Below are positions 48,618 to 58,560 of a stretch of DNA of 64,000 nt, piece after piece. Origin of the DNA: a virus. Positions within the stretch are counted from its first letter, which is position 1, and each line of letters starts with the position of its first letter. The stretch covers positions 1 through 64,000 of IMG/VR virus record IMGVR_UViG_3300027869_000006. One strand, written 5' to 3'. Under the pieces are notes generated by a model. It saw only the letters and a program-made list of their open reading frames with translations. It did not search any database and was not told the DNA's origin. The translations under genes and the position numbers were made by a program.

Positions 48618-51125
48618 ATGTCGTATACACTCTTACCAGGGCAGTCATTCTTGCCATCGGGCATTTCCAACTATGCGTTAGGCATGGTCACCACCGGCCC
48701 CTATCTCTCGCCGAACTTCCTGGACTCAAGCGCGATCCAAAGCCTGGTCAAGGCGGCAGGCACGACCGTGGTGCGTGTCTTCACCGATGACCTGGGCACA
48801 GACTCGGATGCGACACTCGACACCTACTACACCGCCATCACTAACGCGGGATGTGTGATGCTCGTGAACCTGCAACATCCGTGGGATGACGCCCGCTGCC
48901 AGCATATCGTCACCCACTACGGGTCGCGCTGCTTGTTGTATGAATTTGGCAATGAACCAAGTCTCTACACGTCCCCAACGGTCTCAACCACGCAGTATAA
49001 CTCGTACTGGACTACCACCATCCCGCATTTACGTTCGATTAACGCGGCGGCAGCGTACATGGGTCCGGCCATCATCGTGGGGGACCCTGGTGGCTACCTG
49101 TCCAGTTGGCTGACTGCCGTCGTTTCTTCGGGTATCCTCCCTGATGCCGTCAGCTTCCATATGTACTGCTCAGATACCTCGGAAACAAAGGAGATGGCAC
49201 TTGCCGCCTATTACTATGTCTATACCGAGGATATCCGGCAGCAGGTGACGACGGCACTTGGACACGAGGTAGCGATCTGCCTGACGGAATGGAACTTCGA
49301 TAGCGGGTTTCCCCCTGGCGCATGGGGGACTGATCCCACGTTCATGATCCCTTTCACAACGAACGCCTGGGGGGCTATCACAGCGGCAGGCCCGGCCCTT
49401 GCCTGCATCTTCAATATCTGTAGCGGCGCGGGTGGAGGTGGTGGCCTGCTTGACCTGATTGACTCGGTGACCCAGGCCCCACGTCCCAATGGGCAATACA
49501 GCACGCTTGCTAGCCTGTTTGCCGCTGCCCAGCATGCGCCGGTGACGCCACCGCCCGTGCCGATCAGCGCCTACGCTTCCGTCATCCAGGCTGATACGCC
49601 GCTCTGGTACGGACGCGGGGATAGCCGTGATGTGAGCGGGAACGCGCATAACGGCACGATGGTCGGGTATGTCGAACTGGGGCAAGCCGGACTCCTGCCC
49701 TACGATCCGATGACGAGTATGAACTTCGGGGGCAGTGGCTATATCAGCGTGCCCACAGCTACCCTGCCAACGGGGGCGCATGCCTGGTCAATGGAATGCT
49801 GGTTCTTGTGGCCAACACTCGAGCTCACCAACTACGATGGCTTGATGGACATGGGAACACGCGTTTCTACAGAAGAGGTCTCCTTCTATTACGACCAGGT
49901 GAGCGGCAAGCTCTCCAATGGGACATTTGGGGACGTGGACGTAGAAGCAACGCCAGCAGTCGTCGCGAACCAGGTCTACTACGGGGTCATTACCTACGAT
50001 GGAACGACGAGCACGATTGATCTGTACAGTTCGCTCGGGCGTGTGAGCACATCTGCTGCACGCACCATCAACCTGGTCCAGACCCATGCAGGCATCGGGG
50101 GGACGGCGAATGTGGCCGTGCCGTTTACCGGGCGCGGGCAGGAGTTCGCCTTCTATGGCTACGCGCTTTCGGGAACGCAGAAAGCGGCCCACTACGCGGC
50201 AGGCACGACACCGCCGCCGCCATCCTTTGGGTATGCGAACTACAAAAACATCATTGAACCCAACCTGGTGGCGGCACTTGCCGCGAAGAATCTCTTGAAC
50301 GTGGTTTCCCTCATCGGGCCGGAAACGACGATGCAAAATGATGCCTGGCTCAGCAGTGCCGCCGCCGATCTCTCCGGCACGCTGGAAGGCTACATCCGGC
50401 ATGCTTTCCCGACGGGTGCCACCGATATCAGCAGTGGGGGCATTGAGGTGGCAATGGATACTCTGGTTCCGACCATCTTAGCGCATGACCCAACAGGCAT
50501 CGTCCTGCAGGGTGAGATGGGGTCGGGCTACTACGGGCCTGGGCCGCAAGTCGCGGGCTATCAGTACGGCGTCGAAATGACCGATTTCGCGGTGCAGTTG
50601 GCACGTGCGAAGATGAGTGCCTTCATCGCCTACCTCCTCGACGATGACATGACGGGCACCATGTGGGGCATGTGGAAGCTCACCGATCCACTGGGCGGCG
50701 CTCCACTGCGTCCCTGGTTCTTCCCATGGTCGCTCTTGTGCAAGAGCATTGCCGAGGGAAGCACGCTCTACGCGCCAGCACAGCCCTCGACCAATGATCT
50801 GCGGGTGCTGGCGGCAGAGAGCCCACAAGGGGCCTGGACGTTTGTGCTCGTCAATCGTGCTGGTGGCGCCCGTACTCTCCGGCTGTCCGTTCCATTCGCG
50901 CCACCAGCCACTCAGACCTTGCAGCAGTACATCTATGCAGAGGCCGTGCCACGCGTAGTGGATGGCAATGGCTTCCCGCTACCGGCAGGGACGATCACCG
51001 CGAACCTGGCGCGTGGGTTCAGCGTACCGATGGCGGGCAATTCCGTGCTCATTTTGACGCAGCAGACGGCGACGCAAACCACGATCTATAACGTGAAGCG
51101 TCCACCCCTTCAGAAACGGAGATAG
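48618..51125 (+). CDS. GH39-like, LamG-like and C-terminal half of another GH
   Basis: YEFGNEP/SFHMY/LTEWN; Y..VIQADTP..WSMECW; LQGEMG..LRPWF. Confidence 0.7.
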   Translation: MSYTLLPGQSFLPSGISNYALGMVTTGPYLSPNFLDSSAIQSLVKAAGTTVVRVFTDDLGTDSDATLDTYYTAITNAGCVMLVNLQHPWDDARCQHIVTHYGSRCLLYEFGNEPSLYTSPTVSTTQYNSYWTTTIPHLRSINAAAAYMGPAIIVGDPGGYLSSWLTAVVSSGILPDAVSFHMYCSDTSETKEMALAAYYYVYTEDIRQQVTTALGHEVAICLTEWNFDSGFPPGAWGTDPTFMIPFTTNAWGAITAAGPALACIFNICSGAGGGGGLLDLIDSVTQAPRPNGQYSTLASLFAAAQHAPVTPPPVPISAYASVIQADTPLWYGRGDSRDVSGNAHNGTMVGYVELGQAGLLPYDPMTSMNFGGSGYISVPTATLPTGAHAWSMECWFLWPTLELTNYDGLMDMGTRVSTEEVSFYYDQVSGKLSNGTFGDVDVEATPAVVANQVYYGVITYDGTTSTIDLYSSLGRVSTSAARTINLVQTHAGIGGTANVAVPFTGRGQEFAFYGYALSGTQKAAHYAAGTTPPPPSFGYANYKNIIEPNLVAALAAKNLLNVVSLIGPETTMQNDAWLSSAAADLSGTLEGYIRHAFPTGATDISSGGIEVAMDTLVPTILAHDPTGIVLQGEMGSGYYGPGPQVAGYQYGVEMTDFAVQLARAKMSAFIAYLLDDDMTGTMWGMWKLTDPLGGAPLRPWFFPWSLLCKSIAEGSTLYAPAQPSTNDLRVLAAESPQGAWTFVLVNRAGGARTLRLSVPFAPPATQTLQQYIYAEAVPRVVDGNGFPLPAGTITANLARGFSVPMAGNSVLILTQQTATQTTIYNVKRPPLQKRR

Positions 51126-51159
51126 TGACCACGTCAGAACAAGGCGAGAGGAGAGAGAG

Positions 51160-51753
51160 ATGCCACCACAAGAAGAGTCGAGTCGAGTACTGGGTTCGCA
51201 AGACATCCGGCCAATCCCAGACCCGACCGTGCTCACAACGGCAGCGAGTCTGCGGTTGGAGGAGATGCTACGCAACTTGATACAAGTAGAGATAGCGCAC
51301 CAGGCTGCCTTGTTTACTGAGAAACTAGCGACCATCGAGACAAAGTTTGAGACACGGTTTGCGATGCTTGATACCCGCACCGCCGAGCAGAAGAAAGACA
51401 CGAAAGATGCTCTAGACGCGGCACTTTCCGCAGCCAAAGAAGCCGTCGCCTCGCAAACGGCTGCCAGCGAGAAGAGCATCACCAAATCAGAGACGGCGAC
51501 GATTGAGCGGATTAAGGCAGTCGAAACACTGCTCGCTACCTCAACCAAGGCGTCAGACGATAAGAGCGATGACTTGAAAAGCCGCATCGTCGCCATTGAG
51601 GCGGTGAAACTCGGCAATATGGAACAGACCACCGCGCAACGTGAGCGAGGTCTGGAGACACGTGGCAGCATGGCCAGCGTCATGAGTATTGTGATGGCCG
51701 TGATCGCCGTTGCCAGCATTATTATTGCGATTATTGTTGTACTCAAACCATAA
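51160..51753 (+). CDS. coiled-coil protein with C-terminal TM helix
   Basis: Heptad region; hydrophobic C-terminus. Confidence 0.7.
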   Translation: MPPQEESSRVLGSQDIRPIPDPTVLTTAASLRLEEMLRNLIQVEIAHQAALFTEKLATIETKFETRFAMLDTRTAEQKKDTKDALDAALSAAKEAVASQTAASEKSITKSETATIERIKAVETLLATSTKASDDKSDDLKSRIVAIEAVKLGNMEQTTAQRERGLETRGSMASVMSIVMAVIAVASIIIAIIVVLKP

Positions 51754-51769
51754 GAAAGGAGTCATTCTC

Positions 51770-51949
51770 ATGCATCTTGACCTAGCTATCGCGTTCCAAC
51801 TCGTGATCCTGGCATTCATCGCCTTATACTGCCTACTTGGTGCGGGCTACCCAGGCTACGTAGGGCGTGGAACAGGCGGGCATGGCTACATCCTGTGGTT
51901 CATCGTCGGGATTGCCGCCATTGTGACGGGCGTCTTGCTCGTCATCTGA
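51770..51949 (+). CDS. small 2-TM membrane protein
   Basis: AAGGAG RBS; two hydrophobic helices. Confidence 0.65.
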   Translation: MHLDLAIAFQLVILAFIALYCLLGAGYPGYVGRGTGGHGYILWFIVGIAAIVTGVLLVI

Positions 51950-52017
51950 GAGAGATTCCCTCTTTCCTTAGAAAGAGGAGAGGAAAGAAGTCAAGCAGTA
52001 AGGAGAAGAGGAAAAAA

Positions 52018-52458
52018 ATGGCAGGTTTAACGACACAGGCACAAAACAACATTTTAAATTGGATGAAAGGCACCACGTGGCCAACATCAGCCGCATGGGG
52101 CGCGGCACCGACCACTGTCTACGTCGGATTGTTCACGACCGCACCGACCACTGATGCATCAGCCTCCTATACAGGAACGGAGGTATCGGGCAATAACTAT
52201 TCGCGTGTGGCCGTGACCACATCCTCCGGCTGGTCAGCCATTAGCGGCGGCTCAACCACACCCTCGCAAATTAGCAATGCCGGTGTGATTACCTTCGCAA
52301 CCCCATCAGGCTCATGGGGAACTATACTGGCAGTCGGTATATTCGATGCCGCAACGAATGGTAATTTATTGTGGTGGGCGACTATTACTTCACAAGCAAT
52401 TGCATCAGGAGTCGTTGCCAGTTTCGCAATTGGTGCTTTAGTTTTGACAATGGATTAG
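52018..52458 (+). CDS. minor tail/tail-fibre-associated protein
   Basis: VYVGLFTTAP..GTEVSG..YSRVAV..WGTI..IFDAATNGNLLW. Confidence 0.75.
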   Translation: MAGLTTQAQNNILNWMKGTTWPTSAAWGAAPTTVYVGLFTTAPTTDASASYTGTEVSGNNYSRVAVTTSSGWSAISGGSTTPSQISNAGVITFATPSGSWGTILAVGIFDAATNGNLLWWATITSQAIASGVVASFAIGALVLTMD

Positions 52459-52488
52459 TTGATAATTAGTAGAATACAGAAGGTGGTG

Positions 52489-52659
52489 CTAGAACAGTCT
52501 ACCGCCTTCTGTCCACTCATCTAGGGGCTTGTTGCAAGTTCGTGAGGAAAAGAGTTTCCGTATGAGGAAGATGATGCCGGTGAGCGTACCCGCTAGCAGG
52601 CAGAGAATGGCGAGCCAGCCAACGAGCCAGATGCGGAAGAGTCGCGTGTCTTCGTCCAT
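52489..52659 (-). CDS. 56-aa single-TM protein on the opposite strand
   Basis: AAGGG RBS; IWLVGWLAILCLLAGTLTGIIFLI; fills intergenic gap. Confidence 0.5.
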   Translation of the reverse strand: MDEDTRLFRIWLVGWLAILCLLAGTLTGIIFLIRKLFSSRTCNKPLDEWTEGGRLF

Positions 52660-52719
52660 GTCAGTTCCCTTCTGTGCCGTGTGTCTCGTACAGTATAGCA
52701 GTAGTGGGAAGGGGCACCT

Positions 52720-55700
52720 ATGACCGCGCTCACGACGAACGGTTCGGCACAAGCGGCAACCACGCTCGCTGCTGCTGGCAAGATGTTTGCGGCGACGGGT
52801 GGGACGGGTGGGAATACCTCAACCAAGGTCGCCAAGAACACGACCTATGTGCAGATATTTGCCATTGGTACGACGACGACACAAGCGGGGGTCGGGAGTA
52901 TCCCTGCGCCGACGGATAGCAATTTCGCGGGTTGGATATGGGATGTGACGACCCTTGAAGGGCAGCGCATCGCGGCGGGGACCTGGACGCCGACCTTCCA
53001 CATGCTGGCCTCCTCTGCCGGCACGATTACCCCGACCGTCCAATGGTTCAAACGGTCATCGGCGGGTGTGTATACCTCCATTGGATCGGTCACCGGGTCC
53101 TCGCTCGTGCTCACTTCTTCCGCACAGGCACTTACCTTCACGCCCCCGTCCCTGGCACTCATGGACTTTGCCGTGGGTGACAAGTTCTGCATGTGGTTAT
53201 GGGTCGATATTACCGTGGCCGGTGGGAGTAACTCTGGCACGATGTCGGTCGTGGAGGCGATCAGTGGGAGCACCACGGGTACCGCATCAGAGGCTCAGGC
53301 CGTCACACCGGGGTACGCCCCATCGCCAGTAGCACTCACGGCCACGCTTGCAGGAGTAGGGACGCTCTCATCGTCGTGCTATCGCACCACGATCCTGGCC
53401 GATAACCCGCTGTACTACAACCGCGCTGGCACGGCTGACTTGGGAAGTCTGGGACATACCGCCACCATCCACGGCGGCGTCACGACCGGGCAGGCAGGCC
53501 TCCTGGTCAGCGATGTGCAGTCAAGCGACCTCTTTAATGGCTCGACCGGCTTTCTCACCGCGTCAGATACGGGGTTGCCGACAGGGGCCAGTCCGTGGAG
53601 TATCGAGATATGGATACAGTCTACCAATTTAACAGGTGACCATTCTATTCTCGACTTTGGGACAAGTTCGGGACTCAATTGGGCGGGTATCTATAGCGCC
53701 GCCGATCAATTCGTGGTGGGATCGTGGGCAAGCGGAGTCAATGCAAGTGCGCATGGCATCACGACTGGAACGACGTACTACGTCCTTGGCACATTCGATG
53801 GCACGAACACCTCCCTGTACGTGGGCAATCTCTCGACAGGGGCATTCAGTACCTACGGGCCTGTCGCCATCGCGTTCAGTGTCGTGCTCTCTGGTCTCAC
53901 CATTGGCGCAGATTCCGGTGGCGCCTATATCAGCGGGAATGCGCAAGAACGCGCCATCTATGGCGCAGCACTCACCGTCACGCAGGCAACGGCACACTTC
54001 CTTGCTGGCATCCAGGCGTTCACCCTCTCAACTGCGCTCGCCGACACCCTTGCTGGCGTGGGGACACTCACCGGGACGCTGTCGTTGTTAGGAGTAGCAC
54101 TCACAACGACAGCGGCCGGGACTAGTCTTCTGACCGTCTCTTCCCCAACGCTTGCCACCGCGCTCACGACGACAGAGGTCGGCAGTGGGACGCTTACCGG
54201 GACACTGTCGACCTCATTGACCCTGGGCGGTGCCACTGCCACCGGCGGTGGCACGCTTGCCGGCACGTGCTCGCTCTTCACGGCCCTCTCTATGACGATC
54301 ATACCGGGTGCGGGCATCCTCACCCCAACGATGAAAGCCGCCTACACGCTGAGTGGGGGCACACTCACCGGGTCGGGAACGTTGTCGGTCTCCGCCCCGA
54401 CTCTTGCGACAGCCCTCGCGGTCGAGTGCGATGGGGTGAGCAATCTTACCCCAACCATGATCGCGAGTTTTACCTTATCCGGTACCACGTTGCCAGGCAT
54501 CGGTCAGCTTTCCATCTCCGCACCATCCCTTACCACTGTACTGGCAGGTGAATGTGACGGGAGTGGAGCACTGTCCGGGCAGCTTGACGCTACCTACATG
54601 ATGAGCGGTGGCACGATGGATGGTATGGGGCAACTGTCCGTCACGGTCCCCACACTCACAACAGCACTCTCCGTTGAATACGATGGGGTTGGGATGCTCT
54701 CACCGACCATTTGGGCGAGTCTCTCGCTCGCTCTTACAGAGATAGATGGCATCGGTATGCTCTCTGTCGCTGCGCCTGCACTCACGCCGCCGCTCATGGT
54801 GGAATGTGATGGGATTGGAACGTTCTCCCCTACACTCTCGGCTTCGTACACACTCTCCGGTGCGGAAATGGATGGAGTTGGCACGCTCACGTGCATCACC
54901 AGCCTCTCGGCTGCACTGGCGGGTGAATGCGACGGCGTCGGGGCATTTCAGGCGACGCTGTCGGTCTCAGGGAGCAGTATCGCGCTGTCAGCTGAGTGTG
55001 ACGGGGTTGGGACGCTTGTGGGCACGCTCTCCGCGACGGTTGCACTTGCGATTGAGTGTGACGGTAGCGGGACGCTTTCGGCCTCGCCTTCCCTCTCCAC
55101 GGCACTCATGAGCGAATGTGGTGGGGTGGGTCGGCTTTTCGCCATAGTAGCAGTGACCACCGCACTTGCAGTCGAGTGTGATGGCATGGGGACCTTCACC
55201 CCGATACTCGAGGCATCCGTCCCGCTCAACCTGGCACTCACTGGAAGCAGTGCGCTCTTCCCCACGCTCTCACTGACGACCATTCTTTCCGTCAGTCTCG
55301 CGGGTGAGGGGATACTTGCCGGGACGCTCTCACTGCTGACCGCTCCACTGGGTATGACGCTTGCCGGGACTGGCACACTCGCAGCCACGCTTGAAGCATC
55401 AACCGCCCTGACCGCGCTCATTTCAGGCAGTGGGCAGCTTGCCGGAACGCTTGCACACATCACGGCACTCGCCTGTCTGTGCGCGGGAGTGGGCACACTT
55501 ACCGGGACATACTCACTCTCGGTTGCACTGTTCCTCACGTGCGCCGCTCGCGGGACGTTCGCCTTCATGGTCATTTCCAGGACGGGTGTGCTTGCCCAAG
55601 GCAGGAGTGGAAGTGGAACAGCGACAGGTCAAAGTGGAGTGCCTGGCGTGAGCAGTATCGGTGGGAGTGCTACGGCTCGTGGGCGCGATGGGAGTGAAAC

Positions 55701-55731
55701 CGCTCTCGGTCGTAATGGCATACTTCATTAG
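52720..55731 (+). CDS. tail fibre/adhesin with LamG-like domain and ~22-aa repeats
   Basis: Repeats LA(V/G)ECDGVGTL..TL; LamG-like WSIEIW. Confidence 0.7.
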   Translation: MTALTTNGSAQAATTLAAAGKMFAATGGTGGNTSTKVAKNTTYVQIFAIGTTTTQAGVGSIPAPTDSNFAGWIWDVTTLEGQRIAAGTWTPTFHMLASSAGTITPTVQWFKRSSAGVYTSIGSVTGSSLVLTSSAQALTFTPPSLALMDFAVGDKFCMWLWVDITVAGGSNSGTMSVVEAISGSTTGTASEAQAVTPGYAPSPVALTATLAGVGTLSSSCYRTTILADNPLYYNRAGTADLGSLGHTATIHGGVTTGQAGLLVSDVQSSDLFNGSTGFLTASDTGLPTGASPWSIEIWIQSTNLTGDHSILDFGTSSGLNWAGIYSAADQFVVGSWASGVNASAHGITTGTTYYVLGTFDGTNTSLYVGNLSTGAFSTYGPVAIAFSVVLSGLTIGADSGGAYISGNAQERAIYGAALTVTQATAHFLAGIQAFTLSTALADTLAGVGTLTGTLSLLGVALTTTAAGTSLLTVSSPTLATALTTTEVGSGTLTGTLSTSLTLGGATATGGGTLAGTCSLFTALSMTIIPGAGILTPTMKAAYTLSGGTLTGSGTLSVSAPTLATALAVECDGVSNLTPTMIASFTLSGTTLPGIGQLSISAPSLTTVLAGECDGSGALSGQLDATYMMSGGTMDGMGQLSVTVPTLTTALSVEYDGVGMLSPTIWASLSLALTEIDGIGMLSVAAPALTPPLMVECDGIGTFSPTLSASYTLSGAEMDGVGTLTCITSLSAALAGECDGVGAFQATLSVSGSSIALSAECDGVGTLVGTLSATVALAIECDGSGTLSASPSLSTALMSECGGVGRLFAIVAVTTALAVECDGMGTFTPILEASVPLNLALTGSSALFPTLSLTTILSVSLAGEGILAGTLSLLTAPLGMTLAGTGTLAATLEASTALTALISGSGQLAGTLAHITALACLCAGVGTLTGTYSLSVALFLTCAARGTFAFMVISRTGVLAQGRSGSGTATGQSGVPGVSSIGGSATARGRDGSETALGRNGILH

Positions 55732-55752
55732 AGAGAAAGGAAAAAGAAAACC

Positions 55753-56076
55753 ATGCCCATAAGTCCGTGGTATAAAACCACCCATGTCACCCAGACGGCT
55801 CCACTCTGGACAGAGAACATTGTCACTGATTCAGGAACCGAGAACCTGTTCGGTCTTGATGACGATGATCTCTCTCTCTTTTTTACCAATACCAGTAACG
55901 GAGTCGAGACGCAGGGCGCGGGTACCCTGCACATCACCCAGGCCAATCCTGGCATCGTCACCTACCAGGTGGCCAGTGCCGATGTCGTGGTCGGGATGTA
56001 CCGCGTCACGCTCTGGATCACCTTTACGAATGGCCCCCAGCCTTTCCTATTGGGCATCTGGGATGTCATAGCATAG
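55753..56076 (+). CDS. BppU-N-like small tail protein
   Basis: GIVTYQ...DV..GMY....ITF. Confidence 0.55.
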   Translation: MPISPWYKTTHVTQTAPLWTENIVTDSGTENLFGLDDDDLSLFFTNTSNGVETQGAGTLHITQANPGIVTYQVASADVVVGMYRVTLWITFTNGPQPFLLGIWDVIA

Positions 56077-56089
56077 TGCTGTTATGAAA

Positions 56090-57330
56090 GTCAAATACCC
56101 CATGAATAAATTCAGGGGCTTGCAGCTAGGCGCGTCCTGCTACAGTAGGCACTTTGACGGGTGCCCGAGAGATATTGATGGCAGCATTGATGTCAGCGTT
56201 CATCGACATGCCGCACTTGACACAACAGAAGGAGACTTGACTCTTGCGGTTCTCTTTCGCACAGTGCCCACAAGCAGAGCACGTTCGAGACGTATTGCGG
56301 GGGTCTACCGTGTGTAACGACACACCAGCAAGAGCAGCCTTATACGAGAGGAATTGACGAAGTTAAGCAAAGGCCCAGGATGTAAAGCGATTGCGCTGAG
56401 AACGTCTAACCGTGCTATCGGTGCGTTTCCGAATGTGCCTGAGTTCTTCAATCGCTATTCCTTGTTTGTTGGCCTTTGCTTTCGCAATGATCCGTTTGGA
56501 GATCACATGATTGGTATTGCGCTTGAACCTGGCTTCTTTGCCAGAGAGCTTCTTGAGATGCCGTTTGGCGGATTTCGTGCCGCGCTTTTGCAAACGTTGA
56601 CGCAAGGCGTGCATACGTGTACGCACCTTCTCAACCTGCTCACCGCTAAAGGTGTCCCCGTCACTGTCGGTCGCCAGGTTGACGATGCCAAGATCGATGC
56701 CAAGCGTCTCAGTCACTTCATCGGGCGTAGGTTCTGGAACATCAAGCGTGACAGCCAGGTAGAAGGTACCATCACGCCAAATCAAATCGGCCTGTCCTTT
56801 GATCTTGTCCATACGGGCTTGCTGATAGCCACCAATGCGGAAGGGCACAAGTACCCGTCCAGTGGTTGTCAAGAGGGAAACGGTAGTGAGTCCTTTGAAG
56901 GACATCACGCGGGGATCATAGACAATGGCACCTCTGGCATCAAACGTTGGCATGATACTCTTGTCGCGCTTGTAGGCTTCGGTCGCTTTGCTAATACAGC
57001 GGATGGCGAGTTGAGCAGGCAGATTGTACCACTTGCGCAAATAGCCATAGACCAGCTTTTGCAGTGCAAACTTATTGGCACTCTTCTCCAGAAAGGCGAT
57101 TTGCGCCACATAGTTTGCCCCTGCATTGAAGCAATCCATCGTCAACAACAAGGCTTTGTATTGTTCTTCAGTTGGGGCAAGCTTCAAGAGCATCGTTTGT
57201 TTCATAGACATATTGTAGCATCATTGATGAAAGTTGTCAATAGGCGAGATGATACCCAACCCATCTTGCCCATAAGGAAGGGCTTGCTTACCCCATGCTT
57301 AAAAGACAGGGACTTCCGCAAGCCCGATTG
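56090..57330 (-). mobile_element. IS200/IS605-family tnpB-only element (decayed)
   Basis: Left end after TCAC with hairpin GGGCTTGC/GCAAGCCC (57280-57325); right end CAAGCCCC..GGGGTATTTGAC ending at 56090. Confidence 0.8.
56126..57205 (-). pseudogene. tnpB: tnpB pseudogene (nonsense plus frameshift)
   Basis: GIDLG, IEEL; TAA at 56363-56365; 1-nt frameshift near 56340; then VDPRNTSRTC..CG..NADINAAINI. Confidence 0.85.
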
Positions 57331-57382
57331 GTGAGAGAGACCTCCCTTGACAACCACGTACAATGGGAAGAAGGAGAGAAGT

Positions 57383-58426
57383 ATGCCTGATTACCCCCTG
57401 GCTGAGGAACACTTTGTACCTCGATCATATATGTTCGATAGCAATGCATGCAAAGTTTTGGTAATTCACAAGACGGGTGGAGACGCAACCCCTGCGGCGA
57501 TCCTTCAAACGTTTCTCACGAACCCGGATCGACCATCGGTCCATTATGGCGTAGGCACAGATGGGAGTATCTGGCAGTACGTCCCTGAAGCACTCGGCGC
57601 GGGCGGGAACTGTTGCGTGGAACCGGGCTATGACCCATTCTGGGCACAATTTAACCCGATGGCTGTTGGGTCATCTTCTGGAACCAACCTGAATACAGTC
57701 ACACTCTCTCTTGAGCATTGCGATGCGGCACTTGACAATAGTACGCCACTTACCCCAACTCAGCAAGATGCGAGCTTCAAACTCATTGCCTACCTGGTCG
57801 CCAAGTATAGCATCCCCCTTTCACACATCAAGGGCCACAATACAATTGACCCACAGAGTCGCGCCCGTTGCCCAGGTAACTACCCCTGGCCCGCGTTATT
57901 TGCCTATCTACAAAATGGAGGGAATATGGCAGGAGTACCAATCGGCTGGCAATACGACCAGGCGACGCAAACATTGACGGACCCCAACGGTGGGAAGGTA
58001 GGTCCACCCTATAGCGCACACGTGTTAGCAAGTAACTGGGACCCGCATAACTTTCTTTGGATCGCCGCCTACCATACCAATCAGCTGGAAGCAGCGAACC
58101 CTGGCCTGGGTGCGGGGACACAAATCATCTTCTATGAGTCCATGCTGTGCGTGCCTGATAATCCCCCAGACCCGAACCTTGCGAACCTGAAGGGAAAAGT
58201 GGTCACGGAATATGTCGGGATTGAAGCGGCCTATGCCCGTAGTCAGTGGACCCGCTATTCGGGAATAGCCCAACAGTTTCAAACACAATTCACAGAGGAG
58301 CAGACAAAAAATACGGCCCTGACTGCCCAAGTCGCACAACTGGAAGCACAGATCGCCGCGCTCTCCCAACCCACGGCGGATGCACAGGCGATTGTGCAGA
58401 TCAAGCAGATTGTGGCGGCGCTATGA
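57383..58426 (+). CDS. endolysin, N-acetylmuramoyl-L-alanine amidase (Amidase_2) with C-terminal coiled coil
   Basis: VIHKTGG, SVHYGV, SLEHC, GH..IDP..R.RCPG. Confidence 0.88.
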   Translation: MPDYPLAEEHFVPRSYMFDSNACKVLVIHKTGGDATPAAILQTFLTNPDRPSVHYGVGTDGSIWQYVPEALGAGGNCCVEPGYDPFWAQFNPMAVGSSSGTNLNTVTLSLEHCDAALDNSTPLTPTQQDASFKLIAYLVAKYSIPLSHIKGHNTIDPQSRARCPGNYPWPALFAYLQNGGNMAGVPIGWQYDQATQTLTDPNGGKVGPPYSAHVLASNWDPHNFLWIAAYHTNQLEAANPGLGAGTQIIFYESMLCVPDNPPDPNLANLKGKVVTEYVGIEAAYARSQWTRYSGIAQQFQTQFTEEQTKNTALTAQVAQLEAQIAALSQPTADAQAIVQIKQIVAAL

Positions 58427-58560
58427 AGTGGTTTTTCAGATGGGTCCATCAAGTGATGTCTTTGTTACACAAGAGGCGCAGCTATAGCGAAACGATCCTG
58501 GCTGAGAAGCCGATCCGTTACTATCGACTCGATGGAAGTGACACAACACGTGAGCAATGA
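58423..58560 (+). CDS. small ORF carrying a LamG N-terminal remnant
   Basis: YSETILAEKPIRYYRL resembles YRTTILADNPLYYNR in the 52720 product. Confidence 0.4.
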   Translation: MKWFFRWVHQVMSLLHKRRSYSETILAEKPIRYYRLDGSDTTREQ

